NCBI RefSeq assembly: GCF_006345805.1
Contig: NC_042997.1
Coordinates: 178,994,001-179,058,000 of the forward strand
Direction: 5' to 3'
Length of the DNA: 64,000 nucleotides
Origin: Octopus sinensis
Lineage: Eukaryota
Shown: one piece after another, positions 13,211 through 27,199 of the stretch
Numbering within the stretch: the first letter of the stretch is position 1
Layout: the number at the start of each line of letters is the position of its first letter
Notes under the pieces: model-generated
The model's input: the letters and a program-made list of their open reading frames with translations, nothing else
Database searches by the model: none
What the model was told of the DNA's origin: nothing
Position numbers and translations under genes: made by a program

Positions 13211-13262
<52 letters not shown>

Positions 13263-13275
13263 ACAACATATGCAC

Positions 13276-13311
<36 letters not shown>

Positions 13312-13327
13312 ACACAACACATGCACG

Positions 13328-13359
<32 letters not shown>

Positions 13360-13874
13360 GATATTTGAACATAGAATTAGAGAAATTTCCGTGTGAGCAT
13401 GAGTGTGTACGCACACCAACATGCAAACACATACACATATATAGTAAAAAAAACAAAACGAAACATCGCCATTTTTATCGAAATTCGGGTTAAGATTCTA
13501 CGTTTTTTTATAGATAATATTTTTACCTTCCATTTGTACAGCTTTGATTTCTTTCCCTTCACTTGACTTATTCCTACATCACCTTTTATATCATGCATTA
13601 CATTTATCACAGCCTTTCATTTACGCCTCTTTTACTTTTTGCTCTCAGTGATTTTTCAGTACGTTCGCCTTTCAATTGTTTTACGAATAAGATGCGAAAA
13701 TATATATATATAAAGAATAGATAGTGTAATAATAAGAAGTAAAAATTGCGGTACAATTTCCAATCTTTCCTGTGCTTTGAATATCTGAAGTAGGTTAAAC
13801 GCACAAGTACACACACACACGTGTATAGGTGCATCCATCCATACACCTATCTATCTTTACACACACACACACAT

Positions 13875-13921
<47 letters not shown>

Positions 13922-14379
13922 GTGTACATTTAAACACATAAGGAATCCACTCATGGAATTCAACACGCTAGAAAGAACAACTAGGTTCTATAACCACAAC
14001 AATTAGGGATAAAATTCGACAGGAACGAAATGAAAAATAAAAATATTTTACCATCAATTTTCCTGGACCAACTGGTTTCTGATTTTAACTTAGCAGGCAA
14101 AATATATTTGGTCACGAGACGAAATAGTCCTCAATAGGTACACCTTGGGTTAAATATATAAACAACGAGGCAATAAAACTATATGCCTCCCGTTTATATA
14201 TCCTATTTTTTTTCCAAATCTACTGCGCAGACGCACCCCTTCACCGGCAACAACAAAAATGCCAACTTTTAAAACCGAAAATTATCCAAAGACTTATAAT
14301 ATATATATCTAACAATCTAATCCATTATTTCTAAATTTTATATAATTGTGTACACACATACACACACACTCATACTATA

Positions 14380-14744
14380 TCTTTATATATAAAAGTAAGG
14401 TTGTGTGTCTGTCTCCTACGATTTAGATTCCTAACTACTCCCACATTTTGCGGTGCAGTTTAACCAAAACCGGGTATCTTATAGTCGTGATTCATATCAA
14501 GCCCTTCTGGGTATTAGCGCGCGTCTACGATGAGTCTATGATTTAAAAAATAATTTACCATCATTTTTTCCATTTTAATGCATTTTTTCGCTATCATATA
14601 AGGGAAGTAACTCTCTAAAAATGTCTACGATGAGTCAACGATTATAAAATGCAGTTTTTTACTATTTTTTGGCTATAACTCTCTAAAAATGCTTATATAG
14701 TTATTTCCCTTACAAACCCGAGCAACGTCGGGCGATACTGCTAG
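14380..14744 (+). mobile_element. Non-autonomous Helitron
   Basis: Starts A|TC (tctttatatataaaag), ends CTAG|T, with subterminal hairpin cccga-gcaacg-tcggg at 14717-14732. Second copy at 61303-61778. Confidence 0.88.
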
Positions 14745-14914
14745 TATATTATAGATGAAACACATTCTCCGTAGAGAATAGACTTCGTAGTGGTCAAGAG
14801 GTTTAAACGTGATCAGGTAGAGGAGTAAATATATGGATAAGCAAATTAGGAAAGTCGACATATAAAAAGGATTAAGTATATATATTTTTTGTATGTTTTC
14901 ATGTTTATGAGCCC

Positions 14915-15045
14915 AAGCGTGTCTCTGTGGTAATAAGTTTGCTTCCCAACCATATGGTTCTGGGTTCAGTCTCATTGTGTAGCACCTTGGGCAAGTGTCT
15001 TTTACTCTAGCCTCGGGCCGACCAAAACCACCTTCTGGATTGTTA
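14915..15045 (+). mobile_element. SINE family A, 5' half
   Basis: ctgtggtaataagtttgcttcccaaccatatggttctgggttcagtctc...gcaccttgggcaagtgtc...gcctcgggccgacc matches the family A head. Confidence 0.8.
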
Positions 15046-15236
15046 GTCACCACTGTATTCCCCACACAAAATGAAACTAATATTAAATCGAGAAGCGCTC
15101 TGACGTTCGTACGCAAGTAACTAGAACCCCACTAGTAAGCCACAAGGAAATATTGAAAGGCATACTAATTTACACCTTGATGGAAAAAAAAAATTCAGTG
15201 ATATACATAAGAGAGAGATAAATAGATAGATAGATA

Positions 15237-15480
15237 TGGAAAACCCTTGAAGAATTGTACAGCGGTACGAAGAGTAATACGAATCACTGAATAGCGTGTA
15301 AGAATCTCAGCTTTCCTATCTAATATCAGAATCCAATATTACAATAAGCGAGTTCAAAACTGTGGCCTTTCATGTCTTGCCAAGAGACTTGCGAAATCAA
15401 AAAGGGAGAGGAAATAAATCATTCAAGAAATATCTGGATATCGTACTATCTCAGGTTGTATCCAAGCATAACTGCCGACC
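15237..15480 (+). mobile_element. Degenerate 3' coding fragment of a CR1/L2-group LINE
   Basis: WKTLE..., then FHVLPRDLRNQKG...SFKKYLDIVLSQV, which aligns with LFNILPKDLRELHG...VFKIMLDLFLSSVPDEP of the 57583-58040 copy. Confidence 0.65.
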
Positions 15481-15569
15481 TCTGGTTGAAACTAATGAAA
15501 AATGTGAACGTGCGAAATGGATTCAAATACACACACACACACACACATACATACATACATATATATATA

Positions 15570-15619
<50 letters not shown>

Positions 15620-16554
15620 TGAGATATATATATATGCATGGTCATTCGGGCTGGTTGCTATCCAATCCCTATATCAAATCCTGTTGCCTGAGAGAGAAAT
15701 AACATTTCGGGATCCACGCCTAAAATTTGATGCGAAGGGTACGGCTGCAATTATCATTATCCTTTAATTACTTAGTCAAGCCCGACTTCAGCCGTAGCAA
15801 CAAGAAGAGCAACAAGAACATGTACTAAAACGACAATGGCGATAAAGACAACAACAACCTGTATATGTTTACTCAGATTCCTAGATATGTATTTGTAAAC
15901 ATGGATATGTATTTGGTAGTTGCATACATATATATTGACGCAAGAACGTTGACACATCCATACATGCGGGTATTTAAAATGTAATAAACGAATAAACAAA
16001 ATAAAAAGATTGAGCATGTGTGTTTGTATGCGTAATATCCATGTATTCAATCGCGTGCATTTATACACAAATGTGGTTTTTCTACGTGTTTCTGAAATTC
16101 ATTTCAGATTGTGAAAGAGTTACCGCAGCTCTTATGCGTATCAGCATCTTGATAACACTGACTGATATACAAAATAGGAATTATGCATACGATGCATGTC
16201 ATACATGCAACATACAAAACTACAAAAATAGATTGCTTACGCAGATATGAAACATATTGATAGAGAAATAGAAAGTAAGGAACTACCACAAGTTGGAAAT
16301 CGAATATTTCCAGGGGAGGAGAAATAGAAAATTTCCAGTCCTATGCTGTTCGTAATGATATTAATGATACGAAAGTTAACCATCTCTCGTAGCATGATAG
16401 TTCACAACTTGGCGTTCTATGTTTCATGCTGAATTTCACTAACTGCAAACGTAAATAAGAAAAATTAAAATTAATGCATAGATCTGAGTGAGAAAAAAAC
16501 ATCTTTATCACAATCTCAATGTGATAATATTGTGGCTTTGTTAAATGCAGTTAG

Positions 16555-16710
16555 ATGACGGAATCGTCATCATACCGGGCAAAACACTTAGCGGCATTTC
16601 GTCTATCTTCCTGATGCGAGTGGAAATTCCTCCGTGATCAACTTTGCCTTTCATTTTTCCGGGGTCGATAAAATAAGTACTAGCTGAACAATGGGTTCAA
16701 TGTAATCTAT
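16555..16710 (+). mobile_element. Degenerate SINE family B copy
   Basis: cataccgggcaaaacacttagcggcatttcgtc...caactttgcctttcatttttccggggtcgataaaataagtac. Confidence 0.75.
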
Positions 16711-17144
16711 TTATAGAGTGTATATTAAGTATTGTATGTAGATAGTTCACTTTTGCAAATGATTTCGTCTCTGTGTTTCAAGCTTGAGTGTGGCAAATGA
16801 TTTCGCCAATGTGCTTCAACCTTGTGGGTAGAATGAATGCAAGGACGAGACGTAGACCTGCGTTCATAGTTATCACTGATAATAAACATTTTGTAGAGAG
16901 GTGAGGTGATACCGTTCTCCGTTGTCGTCAAATCAATACATGTGTAGCCATACAGTTGAGCGCCTATACGTTTAGAGAAATAGCGAAGATATACTTCAAG
17001 ATGAAGCGAAGATTTTCGCGAGGCCCACATGTAGCTGCCATGCAAAGGTGGTCTGCTTACAGAGATTAAAATAATGGTCAACAGCAACTTTTGTTTGCAG
17101 AATTCTTTCTCTCATTTGCTTTACAACAGAACTGCTATAAACAT

Positions 17145-17364
17145 ACTCTTTTACACTTTTACTTGTTTCAGTCATTTGACTGCGGTCATGCTGGAGCACC
17201 GCCTTTAATCGAGCAACTCGACCCCGGGACTTATTCTTTGTAAGCCCAGTACTTATTCTATCGGTCTCTTTTGCCGAACCGCTAAGTGACGGGGACATAA
17301 ACACACCAGCATCGGTTCTCAAGCAATGCTAGGGGGGCAAATACAGACACACAAACATACACGC

Positions 17365-17397
<33 letters not shown>

Positions 17398-17560
17398 ATA
17401 TACGACGGGATTCTTTCAGTTTCCGTCTACCAAATCCATTCACAAAGATTTGGTCGGCCCGAGGCTATAGTAGAAGACATTTGCCCAAGGTGCCATGCAG
17501 TGGGACTGAACACGGAACCATGTGGTTGGTAAGCAACCTACTTACCACACAGCCACTCCT
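17145..17560 (-). mobile_element. Full-length tRNA-derived SINE family A with a central microsatellite and LINE-like 3' tail
   Basis: Minus strand: head ggctgtgtggtaagtagg...ccgtgttcagtccc, CORE-like gcaccttgggcaaatgtc, (TA)n at ~17365-17402, tail ggcggtgctccagcatgaccgcagtcaaatgactgaaacaagtaaaag. Homologous copies at 28372, 36970 and 47754. Confidence 0.92.
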
Positions 17561-19295
17561 TATTACAAAATAAGTTCAGCAACATCTGTTCGTCTACTCC
17601 CCCTCCTTTATGTGATTATCTGTGCAACTAGATCCAGTCAGCTGAACTTTCGATGTTTTGTCCTTCGTTGTCCATAACCCGAATATGGGACACGATTTTG
17701 TTTACCAGATATGTGCAGGGAAAATGTATTATACTTCAGCATAAATTCCAATGTTATATCTTTTCCTAAACAGCAATATAATAGTGGAACTCATTAAAAG
17801 AAGAGGTTGTCAAATCCTTGACAGATATTGGGAAAAATCAGGGAAAAAACTCAGACACTTATATATCAAATAGTTTTTCTTTTCAGTAATGTTGAATTAA
17901 ATGAAAATCAGGCAGAAATTAAAATAGTAACGGTGAGCATTAACAATTTTAGCATAGGATTTAATAACTTAAACTAAAGAGTTGCAATAAAGTCAAGTAG
18001 ATTAAGAATAGCAGAGAAGAAAAGGGAATATTTCATTGGCGAATTTCGCATTTTATATTCAGGAAATTCAATTAATAAAATAGGTCATCGACTTGATATT
18101 AAGCGGTGAAGTGGCAACGTGGAATACTGCGTAGTAATATTTCTTCACTGAATCAAGGCGTGATGAAGCAAATGTATGATATATGTAAATACGATTCGTT
18201 ATATAAGTTGAATTGTGTATGCATTGTTTTTGCTCAATATAAAAGATTATGACAATTAACTACAGTAGGACTATTAGTTTATTGAATTTCTCAAGGAAGG
18301 AAGCGAATGACAACAATAGCGATGGGGTTTCCTTTAAGTATGTTGTTTCACACAAATTTTATGAAATAATTTACGAAATATTTGAATTAAAAAAATATAT
18401 ATTGCGACTACACGATGTTCTCTTAAAGCTGTCAATTTTAACAAAGAAGTGAAGATCACCTGTTTTTTTTTCTTTTACAGAAAACACTTCTCATGAAAAT
18501 CGCAAGCCATAAACATACCAAATAGAATGATACACCATCAGTATCTTTCATCAAGAATTTATTTTCTTGAGTTTAGTATATTTTGAAAAGATTTTTTTTC
18601 TACACATTACTTGAACATCCATATATTGAAACAGAAATAATCAATAAGTTAGGTGAATGAATTAACCATATTTAATTCAAGGCAATTATCACCACGACAT
18701 AAAATAGACAGAACTCCGTGAAGAAAACACATTCCAACGTCTTTGATCTTATTCTCAAACCCTGTGTTTAATAACAACTTAAAATGATCTTGAGCTATTT
18801 CTCTGTTCAATGTGTGTGCTATATAACAAAACACTTTCCCTGTTTTATAGCCCTCTAGAGAATTTGTGATAGATCAAATAGAATTAAGTGTGTAAAATCG
18901 TAAAATCGCAAAAAAATTATGATCTGATCTCTGAAAGAATAGAGATGAAGATTCAACATAAACCATCGTTTCATGCAATGATATTTTGTTTTGTGACTAA
19001 AACGGATGAAAATCATTAATATTGGCTTAAAATATATTTCTGAATCATCCAGAATTTACAACAAATTTCACTTGTTTAGAAAGATTTAGAGTACTGTCTA
19101 ACGAGATACCTATCTGCTGCTCTCAAGATATCTTCTGCTGGCTCTAACGTTTATTGCATTTTCTAACACCATCCTTTGTCAAAGGAGATTTTCATGCATG
19201 AAAAATCACATATTCAGGTGTTGAGACAAAACGTACTCTAAGTGTGCCGTATTAGTAATGGTTACATAATATAACTTCCCCTATTGCATACTTTG

Positions 19296-19326
<31 letters not shown>

Positions 19327-21489
19327 CACACACAGATCTCTTTATCTATCTATAGATAGACAGATTGATAGATAGACAGACAGATAGATATATAGAAAGA
19401 TAGATATTTGTATGTATCATTTGCTGCTGACTTATTCTGATGTTCAAAGAAATAGAATCGATCTAATATTTCCATCATTTTCAAGTTTAACCAAAGGATT
19501 GAAAATACCTTTCATTGATATATTTTTAGAGGAGACCCTTATTGGAATGTTTGAAAGACATACTTACTTGGGTTAGACAACAAAACTGGTTTCTGAAGAG
19601 TATTTTCATTTTAATCGAACCTCTAACTCTAAGCTATAAATAGCACCTTCATTTCTTGTATTCGCTCATCAGAAAGGTTACAAAAAGGAAGTAAAGCAAC
19701 CAGCAAACATACGACAAATATATTAATGCACAGAAAAGGAAATTCCAGGAAATGATAATAAAAAAATTAACACACAACAGAAGCAGCCACCACTACAACT
19801 CTAATAAAAGCGACTATAAAATCAACAGTCTTAGGAGAATGCAATCACGACCCCACTTTGGGCGTAAACATGCATAGCGAAAGGGTTTCTTTTAAGGATG
19901 TTGTTTCTCACAGATTGAACATTACTATGGTAAACATTTGTGATGGATCCTAGCCCTGATAGATCTTTGTCCACCACACAGTATTCTACAACTAATCACA
20001 GTCCCGTGAGTATAAAGTGCTCATGCATCTCTATCTCACTAAGTGCACAACAGATTTCATTGAACCAAATATACTACAGTTGGACACAAACCCTGGAAGG
20101 TATTTTGAGTGAAATATCCTACCTTATAAGTGGGGACACTATATTTGTTATATATAATGTAAAGCATGAGGTGAATGCCCAAGAGCAAGTAACACGCAAG
20201 GCACCTGTTCTTAGGCTGCGTCAGCCGCATTTGGAAAGGATGAACACAAGATCCATCTTCAGGGACATCAGCGACGATGTCTACGCCGAACTAGTAATTA
20301 ACTACTTGCGACAACGTGGGTAGGTGGTAAGTGCAAATATAACATTTATTGATATGTGCTCGAGAGGGATTACCCCTTGTCTCAGCAAGGCTACATAACA
20401 ATGCCACTATTACCTCTGCAGAACAATACCGTCTCTTTTAGAGAAGACAGAAAGAAAGTAAGGCGACTATGCTGTTAAGTATATGGAAGCAAAGCCCCCC
20501 ACGGAAAGCTTCCTGTACAGAAGATCTGAATTCACTAAGTAAAAAGGTTTATATTTAGGTCTGCCTGAGAGAAGAAAGGACACATCTCTTGTTCAGTTCT
20601 CATAAAAAGGAACAATCCGTGAGACCCAATTTTGCATTATAATGTTTTAATTCGTCTAATTATATACATTATATTTAATTCGTCTAATTATATTTAATTC
20701 GTGTAATTATATACATTATATAATGCCTATCTTCCTTGTGTAACTTCTCTGTCTTGCCGTTCTGTAAGCATACCAGTGCAAAAATTTATTTGTACTTTTA
20801 AAAATCTATTCGAACCCGTCTAGCTAATAAATTATTATTACTAATATTTATTTATTTACTTATTTGATAGTTTGAAGCGAGTTTCTGCTGCACCGCCTTG
20901 TGCGCCCTCTGTTCAAAACTTGTATGCAGTAATGCATTATCACGTTATTGTGGGATTTAAATGATTCACAAGAGTACAGAATCTTCCAGTTAAAATACGC
21001 AACCAGTGTGTTTTGCAATAAGGTTTGATATGTTCTTTCTTGTTTTACATTAGTGTCTGTTCTGCAGTGTTTGCTATATAGTTGTGAGCTGTGCTATTTA
21101 ATTCTATTTTGTTTGGGATATTAACATGATAGAGAATATTACGTATTACTTGTGCTCTTTAATTTTATCAGGTGCTTATTTGTTGTTCTTTAATAATTAT
21201 TAGGTGCTGGGTGGGAAAATTGTCTTAATTCAGTTATGTTATCGAAACATATCTTACGTACGATAAGGGATGTTACAATGAAGCTATTGTTGGTACAGTA
21301 TATTAAATCCCGTCATGGCTTCTATATTTTTGTTCATATCGTTTTATTCATATTTGATGCCCCTGTTATCATTGGTAAAATTTCCACATTCCAGTCCCAC
21401 ATCTTGAATATTTCGATTTCAAGATTCTTCCATTTCGACAGCTGCATTCATTCTCAAAATTACACGCCTTGTGCCTCAAATTGGAACTC

Positions 21490-21860
21490 ATAATCATCAT
21501 CATCATCATCATTAACATCACCAACAGCCTCATCATCATCATCAGCATCCTCCTCCTCCTCCTCCTCATCATCATCATCGTCATTAACATCATTATCCTC
21601 ACCCTCCTCCTCCTCATCATCATCATTTACATCATCATCAACAACCTCCTCCTCCTCATCATCATTATCATCATCATCGTCATTAACATCATCATCATCG
21701 TCATTAACATCATTATCATCATCATCCCCATCATCATCAACATCCTCATCATCATCAACATCCTCATCATCATCAACATCCTCATCATCATCACTTCATC
21801 CTTCTCCTCCTCATCACCATCACCACCATCATCATCGTCGTCATTAACCCACCATAATCG
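21490..21860. repeat. Compound (CAT)n/(CCT)n trinucleotide repeat
   Basis: Directly visible; source of the poly-Ile/Met/Ser ORFs. Confidence 0.95.
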
Positions 21861-22295
21861 TCATAAAACAGCGTCAACAAATATTGCTGTAGTTCAGGAA
21901 TTCGTATGTATACGTTGCATAGCTTCGAGGAAGATAAACAAACAAGGAAGCAAAAACAGAATATAAATAAGATGAGAAAACACAAAATAAGAATAAACTT
22001 CAATATACATTAATATTCATTAATGTACTATATGGTTCAAGGACCAATGTGGAATTGACAAATCCATTGCCCCGAAGCTATTCATTTGATCAAAACAATG
22101 AGATAAGTTGCTATTTTTCAGATTGAACTGGTGAGAGTTTTGGTGAAAGCAGCAAGGATGTTACTGTGTTAGACAGAACTGGAACAACTTGAACAACATT
22201 TCTATGAATAACATTAACTTCCAATGGTACCTGATTATGTATGTATGTTTGTATTTACTTAAGTTTGCATTCATGTACGATTGTATGTGCGTGTG

Positions 22296-22338
<43 letters not shown>

Positions 22339-22380
22339 GTCTCATTGTCTGTCTATCAATCTATCTATCTATCTATCTAG

Positions 22381-22411
<31 letters not shown>

Positions 22412-22750
22412 GATTGATACACATATATACGTAAATATATATACATATACAAAAATATACAGAGAGAAAGAGAGAGAAGAGAGGGGGAGATATACATAAA
22501 CAAAAAGGGATATGCATATTTATGCGGGGCAATTTTAGTTTTGATGGTTTTGTGTCTGTGTGTCGTACTTTTATTACGTTAAAATTTGTAAGTCGTCTCT
22601 GAATTTCGTTCTAGAATGCGTTATTGACATTTCAGTGTGGAAATTCTTCCCTTGCTCCTCGGTGCTGGAAACAGAGAGGAGACAGTCCATATTTGATAGA
22701 ATAAATTTATCTATATTTTTTATCCCCAAACTATTTAATTAAATATCAGA

Positions 22751-22779
22751 TTGTACTATGCAAAATATATGTATATATA

Positions 22780-22817
<38 letters not shown>

Positions 22818-22871
22818 TATGTATGTATATATATATATATATTATATATATATATATATGCATATGTATTT

Positions 22872-22909
<38 letters not shown>

Positions 22910-22955
22910 TATGTATTTATATATATACATATATATATATATGCATATGTATTTA

Positions 22956-22990
<35 letters not shown>

Positions 22991-23118
22991 GCATATGTAT
23001 TTATATATATATATAATATATACATATATATATATATGCATATGTATTTATATATATATATATATATATATATGCATATGTAATGTATATATATATATTA
23101 TATATATATATGCATATG

Positions 23119-23160
<42 letters not shown>

Positions 23161-23164
23161 TATG

Positions 23165-23206
<42 letters not shown>

Positions 23207-23237
23207 TATGTATGTATATATATATATATATATAATA

Positions 23238-23276
<39 letters not shown>

Positions 23277-23314
23277 TATGTATGTATATATATATATATA
23301 TGCATATGTATGTA

Positions 23315-23347
<33 letters not shown>

Positions 23348-23354
23348 GCATATG

Positions 23355-23396
<42 letters not shown>

Positions 23397-23400
23397 TATG

Positions 23401-23438
<38 letters not shown>

Positions 23439-23521
23439 TATGTATGTATATATATAATATATATATATATATATGCATATGTATGTATATAATATATATA
23501 TAATATATATATATGCATATG

Positions 23522-23560
<39 letters not shown>

Positions 23561-23765
23561 TGCATATGTATGTATGTATATATATATATATATTGCATAT
23601 GTATGTATATATATATATACATATGTATGTATATATATATATCTGTATATATATATGTATATATATATAATATTATATATATATATATGTATGTATATAT
23701 ATATATGTATATATATATGTTATATATATATATGTTATATATATATATGTATATATATATATATG

Positions 23766-23810
<45 letters not shown>

Positions 23811-23850
23811 GTATATATATGTATATATATATATATATATAAAATACATA

Positions 23851-23886
<36 letters not shown>

Positions 23887-23890
23887 CATA

Positions 23891-23926
<36 letters not shown>

Positions 23927-23930
23927 CATA

Positions 23931-23972
<42 letters not shown>

Positions 23973-24014
23973 TATATATATGCATATGTATGTATGTATA
24001 TATATATATGTGTG

Positions 24015-24047
<33 letters not shown>
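22751..24047. repeat. 1.3-kb (TA)n-derived higher-order array anchored by TGCATATGTA, ending in (TG)n
   Basis: The anchor recurs more than 20 times, separated by variable (TA)n; units at ~23845-23940 are inverted. Confidence 0.95.
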
Positions 24048-24049
24048 AT

Positions 24050-24290
24050 GGAGGCGCGTGGCTTAGTGGTTTGGTTGTTAGTACCATGATCGTAAGATTG
24101 TGGTTTCGATTGCTGGACTGAGCGACGCGTTGTGTTCTTGAGCAAAACACTTCATTTCACATTGCTCCAGACCACTCAGCTGGCAAAAATGAGTAACGCT
24201 GCGACAGACTGGCGTCCCGTCCAGCTGGGGAACACATACGCCATTGAAACCGGGAAACCGGGACCATGAGCCTGGCTAGGCTTTAAAAGG
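24050..24290 (+). mobile_element. tRNA-derived SINE family C
   Basis: A box-like gtggcttagtgg, B box ggtttcgattgc, then gtgttcttgagcaaaacacttc...ctgcgacagactggcgtcccgtccag...gaaaccggg. Related copies at 56561-56735 and 54655-54800. Confidence 0.88.
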
Positions 24291-24310
24291 TCGAAAAATA
24301 ATAAAAATTC

Positions 24311-24400
<90 letters not shown>

Positions 24401-24419
24401 TGATTGATTGATTGATTGA

Positions 24420-24478
24420 TTCTAGTTTCAGCTTATGAGCTGTGGCCATGCTGGGGCACCGCCATTTGGTGTTGCTAT
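24420..24478 (-). mobile_element. 3' tip of a CR1/L2-group LINE
   Basis: Minus strand gcaacaccaaatggcggtgccccagcatggccacagctcataagctgaaactaga is nearly identical to the 3' end of the LINE at 57583-58040. Confidence 0.8.
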
Positions 24479-24494
24479 GTATATATATATATAT

Positions 24495-24576
<82 letters not shown>

Positions 24577-24842
24577 ATATATATATATATATGATAATGT
24601 TCGTCCTTCGGGTTCGAAGATGACCATTGACATCATTTGGAGGAATTGCATATATATATATATATATATACATATAGACATGGCTAAGAGGTAAGAATTT
24701 TTTTTCACCACATAATCAAGGTTCAGTCCCACTGCATGGCAACTCCACGGGTGTTTTCGACTACAGACTCGGGCCCACCGAAACCCTTCGTGAAGGTATA
24801 TATATATATATATATATATATCGAAAATAGTGGAACTACAGG

Positions 24843-24980
24843 GTACTATTTTTGCTGGAAATAGCAGTCGATAAACATTCGATGCTAGAGGTAAGACGAA
24901 AATATTTGCCTCTAAACATTAGGTGAAGTTTTATCTAGCGTCGTACGGTCATCAACTGCTATTTTCAGCAAAAATGGTAC
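24843..24980. mobile_element. MITE with 30-bp terminal inverted repeats
   Basis: gtactatttttgctggaaatagcagtcgat (24843-24872) versus atcaactgctattttcagcaaaaatggtac (24951-24980): 3 mismatches. An inner pair cgatgctaga/tctagcgtcg extends the arms. Confidence 0.75.
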
Positions 24981-25318
24981 TTTGCTGTGCTAATATTTCC
25001 TTTTAATATTTCCACCGTTGCGTTGTTATATTTCGCTCGAAAACAATATTATTGTTTTGTAATAATATTTTAATTCCTCATATAAATGTCTTCGATTGAT
25101 CTCTCTTCTTAATATGACTGGAGCTTCTGGCCGAGTATACAGGCATTGATGTATCAGATGTTTTAAATTTAATCCCCTATGGTAGACCTAACTGACGAGC
25201 ACCAATCAGTTTTACGATAAAAACGTATTCTGAAAATTATGAAACTCGTGTAATGGGTTGTCCATTTCTCAGGTTTTTCGCTGGAAAATAATAGTATTTT
25301 GATGTAATAATATTCATA

Positions 25319-25360
<42 letters not shown>

Positions 25361-25375
25361 CTCTCTCTCTCTCTG

Positions 25376-25430
<55 letters not shown>

Positions 25431-25704
25431 TTGTGTGTGTGTATGGTAAAACCTAAACACGAGTTTCACAAAGATGGGAATCAGTACTCTCGTAAAGAAG
25501 CAATTATGTTTTGTATTGGAAAAATTCAGTGCTTTACACTCAACAGAAGTCATTATTGATAATCAGGCATTTAACATGCTGATACATACAATGATTTCTA
25601 TGTATGTATGCATGTATTTATGTATGTATGTGAATATATACATGTGTATGTATATATACCTATCTTCTAAAATACACACACACACACATATATACATGCA
25701 TATG

Positions 25705-25746
<42 letters not shown>

Positions 25747-27199
25747 CATATCTGTTTACACAGTCCCACACAGAGACACACACACACGTACATGTATACA
25801 TATATCTTTGTTCAAAGTGCACTTGGAATGAATTCCGAGAGAGGAATCTAATAGAGAGCACAAAACACTACGCTTGAACAGTTATAATGTGCAGAAATTC
25901 TTTAAAAATTTTCAATGGAAATTATTTTAATGAAATGTGTTGTATACTTTAGAGAAATATAATGCGTATTCCTTGAATCGATTTTCAGTATTTGAGGTAC
26001 ACCTAGAAACATAAACATTAGCTGTAAGAAACAACAGAGATTTCCTATTATGAACTGGATGTATATCTTCGCATAGTTGACTACTATTACCTGATTTATA
26101 TTCCTTCAAGTAAAAAAAATTATCTTCAGCTAGTAAGAGAGTTTTACCACACCAATACAAACAGACGGATTGCAAAATCTTCTCACCGTTAGCAGTTATA
26201 TATAAATGGAAACAATTGAATTATCTAAGCACAGAAAGCGTAGATGAAGTAACAAATATTCCTTCCTTTTAATAGGTAACTATCTCAAGAATGCACTACT
26301 ATACCGAGCTACAATGCCTGACTGAAAACGATGGAGTACAATGTGAATATAAACTCTTTTTACTTCAAAAGCATTTTAAAAGTATTAATTTTACTAAACT
26401 GATCTACAGATTAACTGAACAAAACGGCCACTATTTCTAGAAGATGCAGGATGATGTCGAAAAAGCATGTGTACGGAAAGAAATATGAATCTCATTTATT
26501 CGCAAGTCGTGAATAACATTATCTCTATGTAGTTGTTTTTGCGACGTAGAACGTAAGACAAGTGGTGTTTGAATGCAGACATAAGAACAAATAATTCTGA
26601 ATCTCTTGGGCTATAAAATTTGTAAAATTACACTATTATGTGTAGTAGACTGCTACCGAATAGCAAATGGAAACTACACTTAATTATAGCGATAACACCA
26701 GGCAAAGAATTATCATACTGCAGTTGGGAAGGTCATTTACACAACTCTGATGATTTTATATAAAAGCTTTAGGAACTTCTCATTGAAAAAAAAAAAAAAG
26801 CAATATTTGAAAATGTGTTGAGGTTGCCAAACTAAATGTATTCGAAAAGGTTTTGGTTCAAGTTGAAAAATACAGAGGAAACAATTTTTGCAGGCAGAGG
26901 AAGAAAGTCCAAAAAGCGGAATTTAAAATACTGAGGACTGAGGGGGGGTCCTTTTAGACATTCTTCTCTCCAGCTTAACAGTATAAAGTATCAGGAGACT
27001 TTCATAAGGTCACTAAATTCATTAGAAATAGTAGGCAAATCATACATATATCACACCTTAAATAATGGAAAAAGAAAGTTTAATGTAATGCAAAGTAGGA
27101 TAATATCTGGAAAAAGTCGCGTAGTTTTTAATTGGTCTTCTCGACTTTCACTCATCTGATGCTAACGAACCAAAGCTACAAGACAACATAATTTTAAAG

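Noticed and set aside
16725-17087. 120-aa non-repetitive minus-strand ORF
   Set aside because: No recognisable domain or splice support; it ends in a small local tandem duplication.
19940-20323. 127-aa plus-strand ORF followed by a gtaagt donor
   Set aside because: No recognisable motif in the frames I examined; probably old transposon debris.
21369-22003. Poly-Ile, poly-Met and poly-Ser ORFs
   Set aside because: Frames of a (CAT)n/(CCT)n repeat.
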